In this document: positions 41,675 to 52,962 of the stretch, piece after piece
How positions within the stretch are numbered: the first letter of the stretch is position 1
Layout of the letters: each line of letters begins with the position of its first letter
Program-made: the position numbers and the translations under genes
Notes under the pieces: model-generated
What the model saw: the letters and a program-made list of their open reading frames with translations, nothing else
What the model was told of the DNA's origin: nothing
Database searches by the model: none
Assembly (NCBI GenBank): GCA_003971905.1
Contig: RSEE01000040.1
Coordinates: 496,001 to 560,000 of the forward strand
Direction: 5' to 3'
DNA from: Moniliella sp. 'wahieum'
Taxonomy: Eukaryota
DNA: 64,000 nucleotides

Positions 41675-42215
41675 CTAAGCCTTAGGCTTAAGCCGCTAAG
41701 CCTTATGGGCCTAAGCCTTAGGCCTTAGGCCGCCACAGGCTTTTGGCTTGAGGCCAAGGGCCTAACGCTAGTGACATTGTTGTGACATATATGTGACATG
41801 TGACACGGCAACATGCAACATGTAGCACTAATAGTGACTAGTGACTAGTGATGCATGGTGCATCTTGCAAGTGATGCGCGATGGGTGACATGTGACACAT
41901 GTGGCTTGGTCCGAGTGCGTTGTACGTTGTTCGGGTTAGTGCGGCTTAAAGCTTAAAGCTTAACACCCGTTACGCGCTGCTAATTACTAGTTACTAGTTG
42001 CTAGCTATGCTAGTTCCTCGCGTTGAGTCACTATGTTTGCGTGTGGGGTATCGTTGCTACACGTGCGTTAGGCCTGACATCCCCTCAGGCCTGAGGGATA
42101 GCTGAGGGATAGACGTTAGGAGCCTTTTTGTAGGAGGCAGCAGTGAGAGACAGTAGGACATATCCTCTGCGCCCCCCGCGGATGTTCTGTCACATGTCAC
42201 ATGTCAACGTTCAAC
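41675..42215. repeat. Dense cluster of 7-bp palindrome-spacer arrays (AGGCCT, ACATGT, ACTAGT, ATGCAT, AAGCTT, AACGTT cores)
   Basis: ccttaggccttaggcc; gtgacatgtgac; gtgactagtgactagtgatgcatg; cttaaagcttaaagctt; ttactagttactagtt; ccctcaggcctgaggg; tcacatgtcacatgtcaacgttca. Confidence 0.85.
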
Positions 42216-43064
42216 CACGAAGACAAGACATTACTATTAGGTACAAGTTCGTAGTTACTCGTTTTATTACCAGAGTTATTATAGTTCCCTGCTTTTTTGC
42301 GTGGCTGGCGGGCTGGGATAGGGAATGGATACTAGTGCAGGTGCCAACATAGTCGGACTCGGCGCTCTCACATCTCTGCTACTTCCACCCACAGTCTGTT
42401 ATTGCACCCGCAGGCTCCGTCTGGCACTCCGTGCTCCTTCTCAGATCTCATCTCCCATTTCCGCCTCTCCACATTCGTTCAGTTGGGAACTGGAGGATCG
42501 GATCCCAGACTTGCAGCTGGTAGTGAATTGCATTGCCCCTGTCCTGCCTTCCAGGAAGGAATACCTGAAGCTCTGAAGGAAGACACCGAAAGAACAGGGT
42601 TTGGGCTACCAGTGTCACCATGCCACTACGCCAGTGTGACGCCACATGCACCGCACTCAGCCTGAGCGAGGAGGCACGATCACCCGTCGCCGGTCACAAA
42701 CATCCACTATCCAATAGTCAATAGTTCAATGCATCATGCATCATGTCCATCGATGCTCGAGATGATCTCCGACCCCTTGCTCCTGGTTCATGATTTTGCC
42801 GCTTCGGTCTAATTACCTTCTGGGGGTCTGGCAGTCAGAGTCATCGATTATCTTTAACGAGAGGCCGCGGCCAAATATGTTCGGCTGGCCCTTAGGAGGT
42901 TAGGCCGGTTAGGCCTTAGGCCTTTTCAAGTAAGGCCTCCTCCTGGAGCATCCCGGAAAAGTTCCGCATCCCACAGCCACCATTCTCGCTCCCGCGGATC
43001 TGCTGGAACGCGCCACAGAGGTATGGGTTACCACTTTTCGTGATCCCCTCAGAAGGTTGACGCG

Positions 43065-43330
43065 TTGAACGTTGACGATCGAGATGATCGATCATGATGA
43101 TCGATGATCCGATCTATGCTAGTCACGCGTCACGCGTCACGCGCCACGAGGCTTCAAGCTTCAAGCTTCAAGCTTCACGCACTTCATGCTTCAAGCTTCA
43201 AACTAGCTTCAAGCTTCAAACTAGCTTCAAGCTTCAAACTAGCTTCAAGCTTCAAACTAGCTTCAAGCTTCAAACTAGCTTCAAGCTTCAAGCTTCAAGC
43301 TCTTCAAGCTTCATGCACTTCATGCCGCTC
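43065..43330. repeat. 7-bp palindrome-spacer arrays plus five copies of the 18-bp unit GCTTCAAGCTTCAAACTA (43188-43277)
   Basis: tgacgcgttgaacgttga; tgatcgatcatgatgatcgatga; tcacgcgtcacgcgtcacgcg; (gcttcaa)n. Confidence 0.9.
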
Positions 43331-44463
43331 AGGCGAGTCCTCAGTACCTCAGTGAAGCTTGAAGCCTCAGGTCATAACTCTACCCCAAGCCTCGAGCCCC
43401 TGAGACCCTCCTGAGGCCTGAGGCCCAGTACTAAGTACTAATCGTTGAGATCCTCAGGTCCTCAGGCGCAGGGGTGCCGAGCCGCTGAGGAGAGCCGCTC
43501 CGAGTAACGGGGCTGTATTATACTCTCTGTCTGGATCCCCACCTGGGCGAAGTACGGAATAATATACGTACTGGATCGGCGGGGTTAATTGTTGAAGCAG
43601 GAGGTTGTCAAGGTTTTTGCCTGAGCCTTTTCAGTTTCTTGAAGCCGCCGGCGTCGGCTCCGCGGACTATGTTGCACTCATGTCGATACATACAGAGGGT
43701 CGATGTGCGACAGAGGCTTCTGTGAAGGTGAGGCGTGAAATGTGAGATCTGAGATCTGATATTTGAAGCGTGTAATTGCGATCGGGGTGTATACGCCGGC
43801 CTGGATGCGCTCCACCAAAAGCTTCACGAGCGGGCGCAGGTCGGCGCTCGCCCCCACCAGTGTGGCAGGCAGCGGCGATACGTAGCACACGTTAGCACGA
43901 CCCACAGGGTCTGGGGCTTGGCGGCTGCAACGTCGAGGACGTTGAGGCCTGAGGGTGGCACCTCTGTGGCTCCCTGTCGCCACTGACTAATGGATGCGGC
44001 CACCGAAGGCTCGCTCAAGGCGTCAGTACTCAGTACCGCCAGTACTCGGCCTCAGTACTCGATGTCCTCTCTCAATCTCGAAGCCAGGCCTCAAGCTCTC
44101 ACGCAATAAGCCGGGGATAACGAGTACCTAGCAACTGATGGTAAGTAGGGCTGGTAACCTACAAGACGGGAGCGAACTGGTCACTGACTAAGAATATCAT
44201 GCATCAAACTTACACAGCTTACTCTTCTGCGCTCTCTTCTCCGTTTCACGACCATTGGGATCCTCTCGTCGGGGGCTAACGTTAAAACTCGCTCTCCTCA
44301 TCGACGACCCCCTTTACCCTTCCCAACCACCCCCACCAACCCTCCACGCTCCTCGACGACAAGTCCTAAACACACCACCTCATCACGATCCCTCTCTCCA
44401 CATATCCAGTTCTTTCTACCTCCAGCCCCGGCCCCTGCCTCTCCCTCTTCCCGTTCCTGCACC

Positions 44464-45768
44464 ATGGTGTCTGTCGCCCATACCACAGGCTACCTGCTGA
44501 TTGGGCTCTATGTCAACCTCATCCTCTTTGGCATCACCATTTGCCAGCTGTGGCTGCTTTGGACCAGGTTCATGCGTGACCCCTGGGGCTTGAAGCTCGT
44601 CGTTGCGCTTGTAGCCATGGCTGAGATCACGAACACGGTGTGCGCTTGCAATTCCTTGTCGGGGTGGCTTGTGACGCACTATGGAGAGCCTGAGTATCTG
44701 GCTTATATTGGTTCCAGCTTTATTGGCTCGATGGAGTCGGGCGCGATTAGCTGCTTTATTGTCGAATGTTTTTTGGCATGGAGGATTCACTCTCTACGGC
44801 GCCAGTGGTGGCTCACCTCTATCATTCTCTTTTTGGCCTTTGGCGGCATTGTCGGCTGTACGGCCACCGTGGTCGGCTGTGGTATTCTCAAGCGGTTTGA
44901 TGCTCTCGACACGGTTCAGCCCGCAGTGCTGGTCATGAGCTGCTGCGTCGTCACCTGTGACTTGCTGGAAACCATCGCGCTCTACGTCACCCTCCGCCGC
45001 GCCTTAACAGGTTTCTCTGCCACCGACTCGCGCGTCTATGAACTCAAGAACCTCATTCTGCAGACCTCCGTGTTGACCCTGATTTGCGACGTTTGCCATA
45101 TGAGCATTGTTGCATCTCATGTACGTATCTGTCCCACTCATTGTGTCCCCTGCAAACGGGGTACCTTCGTTGGACGAAGCAGCTAACATTACTGCCCTCT
45201 CTTCCTACCCAGCCCATGTCGGATGTGCACTTGATGTTCAACCTCATTTCGCCAAAGCTAGTGAGCAACTCGCTCCTGTCGACGCTCAACACGCGGAGGA
45301 CCCATCAAGAATTGATTGGTCAAGAAGCTTCCAAGCCTTTTCTCCGGGGAACAGCATGTTGGGCACCTTCCGCAAGAGTATGGCCAAAGAAATTGGTTCC
45401 TTTATGCGGCCCTCCGCAGCGCCCAAAGACGGCTCGGCCTTTGCCCCCCCTCTCTCACGCCAAGCCATAAGGAAGGCTTTGGCTTCCCCGGTCACACACG
45501 CGAGACCCAGAGCAGGGGACCACCACCAGGCGTCATCCAGATCACCACCGTCCAAGAACAGTTCAGCCTCCCCGACCCAGTCGAGTTGCGCGGCAGCCTC
45601 AATCCGTCTCGGCCGTCGCTCGAGGCGTTTGAGGCGGACAAACCCAAGGCCGACACGGAGGCCGAGGAGGAAGAAGCCAATCTCCGACTCGGCCCCGCCC
45701 GATCGGCGCTGTCTACTCAGGACCTCGCTTCTGCCTCTAGCGCGGAAACCGCGGGTCGGTATGCTTAA
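44464..45768 (+). CDS. Multi-pass membrane protein of the basidiomycete DUF6534-like family; intron about 45121-45211
   Basis: GYLLIGLYVNLILFGITICQ...RDPWGLKLVV, IVECFLAWRI, KLVSNSLLSTLNTR; about 7 hydrophobic segments. Confidence 0.8.
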
Positions 45769-46925
45769 TTTCATCTGCTCACGGTAACACTACACACTCA
45801 CTATATCCTTTCGCTTCTTGTTCCTATTCTGTTTTCTTGTCGTTAATTCAATAACACGCACAACCCCGGGATTGTGTGATGTACAACAGAACTCGCAAAG
45901 TCCAGCCCCTTTCTCAGCCTCTGCATGACTATCCCTCTGCCCCCTTTGCAGTTGATGGACTGGTGTTGAGATATACGGCACCTAGTTTCGTTTGCCAATT
46001 CGTATACATTGCTCTGAATCTGATATCTTCTTGGGAAACGGAGGCGGGCATCGGCGCTTGTGGAATAGCGTCTCGGGATGAAGACACATCGCCTCTCCTT
46101 CTCCCCAAACGCAAGAGTGTGGCAACGAGTGTGGCAATGACTCAGGGACGATGGATCCGGGACGTTTGAGGAGCAATGATAATCGATCATCGTCGGACTT
46201 GTGTTCGGGGGGATTAGGTGCGCCACACAGAGCTGCGGCAGCACATGCTCAACTTGGATAGCGTTACCCTTCAAAAGGGCGTCTTTTGAGGAGGTTATAC
46301 TATACTCAGATGAGGCTTCGTCACCTGCTTCGCTCCGTGCAGTTGAAAGGCGAGAGCGGGATGAGGTGCTGTGGCAGCCATTGGAGTTGCCTTTGTATGG
46401 GGTTCCCACTAATCTGTGGTAATATGTGGACCTACGTTGGGCTAGCAAGAACGACTTTCGACGTGCTCATTCCGAGCCTGCCCCTTCTTCAGCATTAGTG
46501 GGGGGATGAGAGTTGGCTTCCATGTAGTGTTGCTATCGTACATGCGTGTGGCTCCGATTGGCTGTCCAATAAGCGCTTGTTCTCCTAAAGTACAGGTCGG
46601 GGCGGGTTCGGGGTTCGTCTCATGACAGACTGCATGGATGCCCGTCTATGAGAGCTCTGCCATCAGTGGCAAAGAGGTAGTGGTGTCTTCTTTCCTGGCC
46701 GATCCGGATTATATAGACTAATAGTATAGGTCCATCGTTTCCAGTCTCCTCCTGTCGCACCCGCTCCTTGGCCCTCATGCCACGTGATTGACGGTCACGT
46801 GCACCACCCGCCTTTTTCTTCCCCTTCCGCCCTGCCGCGTTTCGTGGCCCGAGCAGCCTCCAGCAGCCTCCAGCCCGCACACCCCTCCCCGTCTCCCTGC
46901 TCTCTTCCGCTGCCTCACCATCGCC

Positions 46926-47515
46926 ATGGCCAGCGCTACCACCACCGCCACTGCCCCCCTCCCATCCTCGGGCAACGATGCGCTACGCCAGCGCCCTGGC
47001 GCTGCCAGCCTCGATGTGTCTCCCACCCCGTCCGCCGACGCGTCCGCCCCTTCCGCCGCGCCCGCAGGCAACGGCGGTGCAGCTGATGCCGTCATCCAAT
47101 CTCTCTTCCAGCCCGGGCTCAACACGCCGCTTCGCAGGGTGATGGACCTTACGTTTGTCCTCCTCCTCCTCACCCTGACGGCGCTCTCCATCTTGACCCG
47201 CGGCAACCCTCACTTTCTCGCTCTCCTCGCCATTGCTTCTTGCCTTTGGGCGGCGGTTTCCTGGTACGCCCGCTCCCCCGCTCGCTTTGGTTCGGTGCCG
47301 AGCCAATGGCTGATGATCCCCCTTGGGCCTGCCCCAGGTTCCTTAACGAACTTGCTCAGCTTCCTCCCTCTGCCTTCCAAGTCCAGGCTCAGCCCGACGT
47401 CCAGGATGCCCTGCCCACTGTCACCGACGATCCCTCGCCCCAGCCCGAAGCTGAAGCCGGGACCAAAAGCGCCCTGCCCCCTTCCATGCCCACCGTCCCT
47501 CTTGATACCCAGTAG
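46926..47515 (+). CDS. PKR1: ER V-ATPase assembly factor Pkr1; intron 47264-47337
   Basis: SLFQPG, two TM segments, HFLALLAIASCLWAAVSW|FLNEL. Confidence 0.8.
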
Positions 47516-47586
47516 GTCCCTCTTTTCTATAGGGGAGCGTTTCCTCCCGTTGGTCATGGCCGTTCTCGGCTGTTGGTTATCGCATT

Positions 47587-48723
47587 CTATCTCTGCCTGG
47601 TCTCCATCCACCTTGACCACCACATGCGCCGAAGCGAGGGATGGATTAGGTGTGTGAGCAAGAAGGAGAAAGAAAGAAAAAAGAGAGTATGTGTGGGGAG
47701 GAGAGAGAAAGGGAGAGAGGCGACACAAGCAAATGATCCATCGACCAGAGCAGAACATCGAGGTAGATCATTGTTGCTCGCTACGACCGCTTTACGAAGA
47801 TGTCCCGGCCCGCTCTTGGGCACCCACGGCTTGGCACGCGGGCCAGCACGCGCGAAAGCGTACGATGCGCCAGCCAGCACGTTGCCCACCACGGCGCCTG
47901 CCAGCGCACCCAGCACGGGCGGGAAGGGCCACGCTTGCCACGTCCGGTCCCAGTCCAGCGCCAACGCTGCCGAGCCCAAAATCGCCCCCGCCACAACGGA
48001 AAAGGATTGCAACGGAAGAATCCGTTCCCGAGCGTTTTCCGGCCGCAGCAACACGAACAGACGCACCCACGCCGCCCAGTCGTCGCCGAGGATGTGCAGC
48101 GGGGCATAGAGCGCCAAGAGGTGAGGTACGCACCCAGCACAACGGTCTGCAGCAGTTCGTACGGGACCCAGGACACGGGCGCCCCGAACAAAATCGCACC
48201 CACTGTTGCCGCCACCAGGGGCACCGGCAAGGCAAGCGTCGTCAGCACCATGTTTTCACCTTGCTTCATCAGCCCTTCGTTTTTGCGCAGACGCGCAATG
48301 CTTTCGTCCTTGGCGATGCGGTCGCCGACGGCAAACCGCCAGGCCAGGCGGTTGACCACGAGCGACTGCACAATGAATGCAAGTTGGAGCGAGAGCAGGA
48401 AGCGGTAGCGCAGCGACTGCACCTGGGCCGCGCGGTCTTGCTCGGGGACCATGCCGGTGGAGAGGAAGGCGTGCACGCCCGAGAAGAGGGTGGGCTTGGG
48501 CCCATTGGCACGGAAGATGCCCTGGGGCAGGTAGAGCGTGGTGAGGACCAGCACGACCGGCTGGAAAAAGAGGATGGCGAGCAGCTGGAAGGTATGGACC
48601 TTGGCACTGGGCAGCCGCTGGAACGCATGGGGCTCCAGTGGTTGGCGCGCGGCGCGGCGGGCGCGGCGGCGGACGCGGCGCGCTGGACGAGCGGGACTGG
48701 GATGGCTGCGCAGGGCGGGGCAT
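47587..48723 (-). CDS. GPI11: GPI biosynthesis protein Gpi11 / PIG-F; frameshifted, 3' end uncertain
   Basis: ILFGAP and GAILG....LDWDRTWQAWP.P..LGA..G PIG-F signatures. Confidence 0.85.
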
Positions 48724-49086
48724 CGCGGGTGGAGGCAGAGGAGCGGTGGCGGCGCACGCAGCACCGTTCGGTTCAAGTTCCCGTGTGAAGCTTGAAGCTA
48801 GAAAGCGCGCCCAAGGTGGGACGAGGGGAGGGTCGGTGGCAGAGCGGAGCCCCCCTACGTAAGCGCGGCGGCGCCGATGCTGCAATCTGAAATGTACAGA
48901 CAAGACCAGCGGCTGATCCACCGTCCATATGATGCCCCTGCCACCGTCGCGCGTAGGCCTACGGCTGGGACAAACAAATACCCGCGCCGTCGGCCTGCCG
49001 TAGGACGTACGTCGCGACAGATCTACCCAGTTGGGCGCCCGCAGCGCGCCCTCGCCTCGCTTCCGCTTCCCGCCCCATCGCCCACA

Positions 49087-50276
49087 ATGGCAACCACCGA
49101 TGAACCTGGCGACACGCCCGCCCCTCACGACGTGCAGGTCACCATCCCGGGCCCCTTCACCCCCGTCCAGAACCTCTTCACCATCGACCTGTTCAGGGCT
49201 TTGGTCCTTGATGAGGCGAACGCGCACCCCTTCCTTGAGAAGCCCGACCTCTGCTGACCAACCTCCACGCGCCGACCGCCGCAGCGCCCGCACCCGAACC
49301 CGCTCCTCCGGTCGCCCCACCCGGCGTTCCGGCTGTCTTTGCGCCATGGTTCCAGCTCCACAACAAGCCCATGATCCCCGATGGCAGCCACGCACACACG
49401 GACAACGTCATGATCAGCCGCGCCACGCATGTCCGCCTCCCCGAGTGGTCCCAAGAGGCGCTTGAGCTGCCCTACTGGGCAAACAACGTCGAGACGATCT
49501 TTGCGGCCTATGGCGTTAACCAGTTCTCCTTGCTCTCCGCCGCATTGGCCCAGGAAGCTATTGGGCGCATCGGCATCACCGTCTCCATGATCATCCAGCC
49601 CGGTGTCAACAAGCCGTGCTGGCACAACATCAAGATCGCCCTCGCGTCTGCCGTCGACCCCCTGGCAGCTCCCGAGAAACACCGGACCAAGGTCCTGAAC
49701 GGTAAGCACTACAGAACCCTCCCGCCTCGACTTGGCTTCCCAGGCTCGCAACGACTTTTACCTCCTGGGCGAGGCGATGGCCACGACCATCATGAGCCAT
49801 GTCAACCGCGAGCTCCCACAGTGGCTGGCACTGACTCTGGCCAGCAGTGACTATCGGTACAAGTTCTGGGACTGGCACGCGCAATTGACCAAGGACATCC
49901 AGAGTGCCCTCCGTCTGGAGCAGCCATGGGTCATGCGCAGCCCGCACGAGAGAGGCTCCTGATTCAGCGCACCCGGGTCCCTCTCTCCAACATGTGCGCC
50001 AAGTGCACTGGCCCTGCCAGGGTGGTTGGTCCCTCCGACAGCCTGACTTATGCCTCACTGACGTTCATGGGCTTGTCGTCGACGGGGCTGCACACGGTAA
50101 GTGGCTCCGTCCCCTCCCAGACGAACATCACTTCCCACCCCTGTCCGAAGGCCCACCACCACTACCCCCCCTCCTTCTCCCTCGATGTCTGTCTCCTACG
50201 GCAGCTTACGGGGAGGGAGATCTGTTGCACCGTGGCTGCTGGGAGTGGCACTGCCCGAGTTGGACATTTGGTCTAG
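49087..50276 (+). CDS. Hypothetical protein of about 395 aa (frames joined) with weak retrotransposon Gag/capsid-like segments
   Basis: Strong C-ending codon bias. LPEWSQEALELPYWANNVETIFAAYGV and WHNIKIALASAVDP resemble Gag CA helices. No pol or LTR seen. Confidence 0.45.
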
Positions 50277-50897
50277 ACTTGGTCTGCGCCGCGCTCCCAC
50301 ATGACGCCTCTCCACCTTGTTCTTGTTCCGGTTGAAAGTCGCACGTGTAGTACACACGATGGCGCATTCCTCTATTCTTCCTCACTAGCGCCACCTCTTC
50401 GCTCAACTCGATACCACCTTGCTCATCTACTGCCTGCCGTAGTACGTTGGTACAGCTACCCTTTTTGTCAGCATACAGTTTTTCGCCCTCACAGCCTCAC
50501 CGGTCACCATTGAAGTTGAATGCCATCGTCTTGCTCGTCTTGCTCCAAATTACACTGCTATGACTAGGGCAGGTTAGAATTGCGGTCCATCATGGCCGCT
50601 ATTCCTATTCGCTCGCAGACAGAGAACTGGGAGGGAAGGGAATGGGGGTGATCTAGGCCGGCGAATCGCGTCGAGTAACCACAAGACATCGCTCATTCCA
50701 ACAAGGAAAGCGTGAGACAAGAACTTGTCGATGCGAAGATGCCCAGCAGGTTGGCTGGCCAAGCCGCCACATCAATCCTTTGCGCATGTCCATGCATATT
50801 TTGCACATCAGAAGTACCTTGTCACAGTCATGATGCCGTCTCCAAAGCGTCCCGCCCCATTGGTCCGGATGGCGGGCCTAGGTATGCCGCACGAAAA

Positions 50898-52271
50898 TTA
50901 GGCCTCCGAAGGGGCGTTGGCCTCGCTGCGTGCTCGTGCCTCGGCTTCTTCTTGCTCCTCGCGCTCCACAACCTCAATGTCCAACGGGTAGGTGAGAATG
51001 GCAGCCATGCCCGTCAGGCCATTGAGTTGCCTCCCCGTCTCATGCATCGAAGAGAAATGGCCACCTCGCCTCCTTGGGCTTTGACCTGGTCGACCAAGTT
51101 GACAAACCGTTTTCGCTGCGCTGGGTCGGCGGAGCGGAAGAGCGCATCGCTAATGAGCAGTGCGCCCACCGCGCCGCGCTCCACAGCAAGAAAGACATGG
51201 TCCACGCCATACCACGCGCGCAGTTCATCGGCCGAGAGCATTTTGAGAAACTTGTCCAGCAACAGCGCTTCGCGGGCAAACTTGGTATCCTTCAGCTGCG
51301 CCATCACTTCCGGGCTGCGCAACACTTCCTGCAACGCATGAACATGCGGCGAGTTGACATGGATGCGGAGGAACTTGCGTTTGGTGTCGGAGCCGAGCAA
51401 GAGCTTGTCCCCGCGCCGGGTCGCCTCGGCAAACAGATAGTCGTACACGGCATCCTTGGTGAAGCCTGGGCTGGCCAGGATGATCAGCCGGATGGCCGGC
51501 AGCTGCAGCAGCTTGCCCACGGCCGTGTACACTTGATTGTAAAATCGCTGTGTCGCCTTGTCGGTCGCAGTGCTCGGCATGCCCTTGCGTTTCCTCGGTA
51601 CCGGCACCTCAATCCGCTGTCGCACCACCGTCATGCTCTCCGTCAACAAACATACCACCGCCGTCCCTTCGCCAGCACCACCGCGCCCACCTCAGCCCGG
51701 TGCCCGACATCCGCACTCTCTGACAGCGTTGCCAGATGCACCGCGTCCCACGTCTCCTTCCAAATTGTCACGGCGCGGTGGGCTTCAATGTCGAGGGTGT
51801 GGTACGCGCCGAGCTTGACATGCTTGTTCTCCTCTGCCACCTTGCCACTGATCGAAAGCGTTGCGCCATCTGCGCCCGATCCGCCGCCCAGGCCCCCGGC
51901 GGTCGTCGGCGTTGCGGCGCCCGACCCGGCCGCCTCGGCACCCAGGGCCGGCGTGCTGGAGGAAGAGGAACCGTTGGCATCAAACACCACCCCTCTCCAC
52001 TGCCAGCGTCAAGTCCAGGCGCACACGATGCGACTCGATCGAGCCCGTGGTCGACTCGGACTGCAACCGACGCACGGTAGATGCCTTGACACGGTCGCCT
52101 CGCTCAATCAGGTTGTAGAGCTGGTACATGTCTTCGCTAGCGTGGTAGCCCACCCAGGGTCAGCGCGGGCGCAAGCGCAAGCCGAATGCCAAGGCGCACG
52201 TACTCCTCTTCCGGGATAATCTTGATCGTGCCCGACCCATCCTTCTCCACATCTTTGCGCAGAATCTTCAT
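50898..52271 (-). CDS. DOM34: Pelota/Dom34 ribosome-rescue factor; 1 intron near the 5' end, frameshifted
   Basis: [79 protein letters not shown]. Confidence 0.95.
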
Positions 52272-52638
52272 GGCTGGCGGATGAGCAGGGCGGTGTGGTG
52301 GTGGTAGTAGTAGTGTAGGGGGTGGGGCATGACTGGCTGCGAGGCGAGGAGGCTGCCCCAGCTGCCCCAGCCTGGCCGGCGCGGTGATCGGAGGATCGAT
52401 GATCCCATCCTCAAATCATGACATGTGGCATGTGACATGTGACATGCGTGCCCTATGCGGTAAGCATTACATAAGCACGGCCAGACTGGCAAGCTTGCCG
52501 GTTGAAATTTGAAAGTCAAGGGTTGAATGTTGCACGTGCACGATTGACTACGCCGTCTGTGCTGCAATCGCTAGAGACAGTGTCGTCCCAAGGCCCCACC
52601 TAGTCCTGCTGCCTCGCCAACTGCCGACTGCCCTTCCT

Positions 52639-52662
52639 CACACACACACACACACACACACA
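52639..52662. repeat. (CA)12 microsatellite
   Basis: cacacacacacacacacacacaca. Confidence 0.9.
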
Positions 52663-52962
52663 TGCAAATAAGCCATGAAGAAGGAAGGTATACATGCTCG
52701 CAGCCGGGAGAAGAAGCATGGGCTGGGCGGAGGACAGCGCCCACGCCAGCGCGGCGACCCCCGAGGGAGCACGGAGAACGGGGGGCAAACGCAGAGGGGG
52801 CGCAGGGAAAGAGCAAAGCAGACGCACAGAGGACAGGCAGCCCTCGCAGGAACCACGCAGACAGATGATGCAAATGACGCAAACGAGGCGCGCGGGGCAA
52901 GGCAGAGGCACAGGCACAGGACCACGCCCAGCAGAGGGGGGGGCACTCGTGCCCACTCACGC

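Noticed and set aside
43151..43325. Regular repeat array as a possible CRISPR
   Set aside because: Units are contiguous with no unique spacers, the context is eukaryotic and no cas genes are present.
45843..46448. 201-aa minus-strand ORF (also short ORFs at 43667-44018 and 21002-21346)
   Set aside because: No recognisable motif; cannot be distinguished from chance ORFs without expression or homology data.
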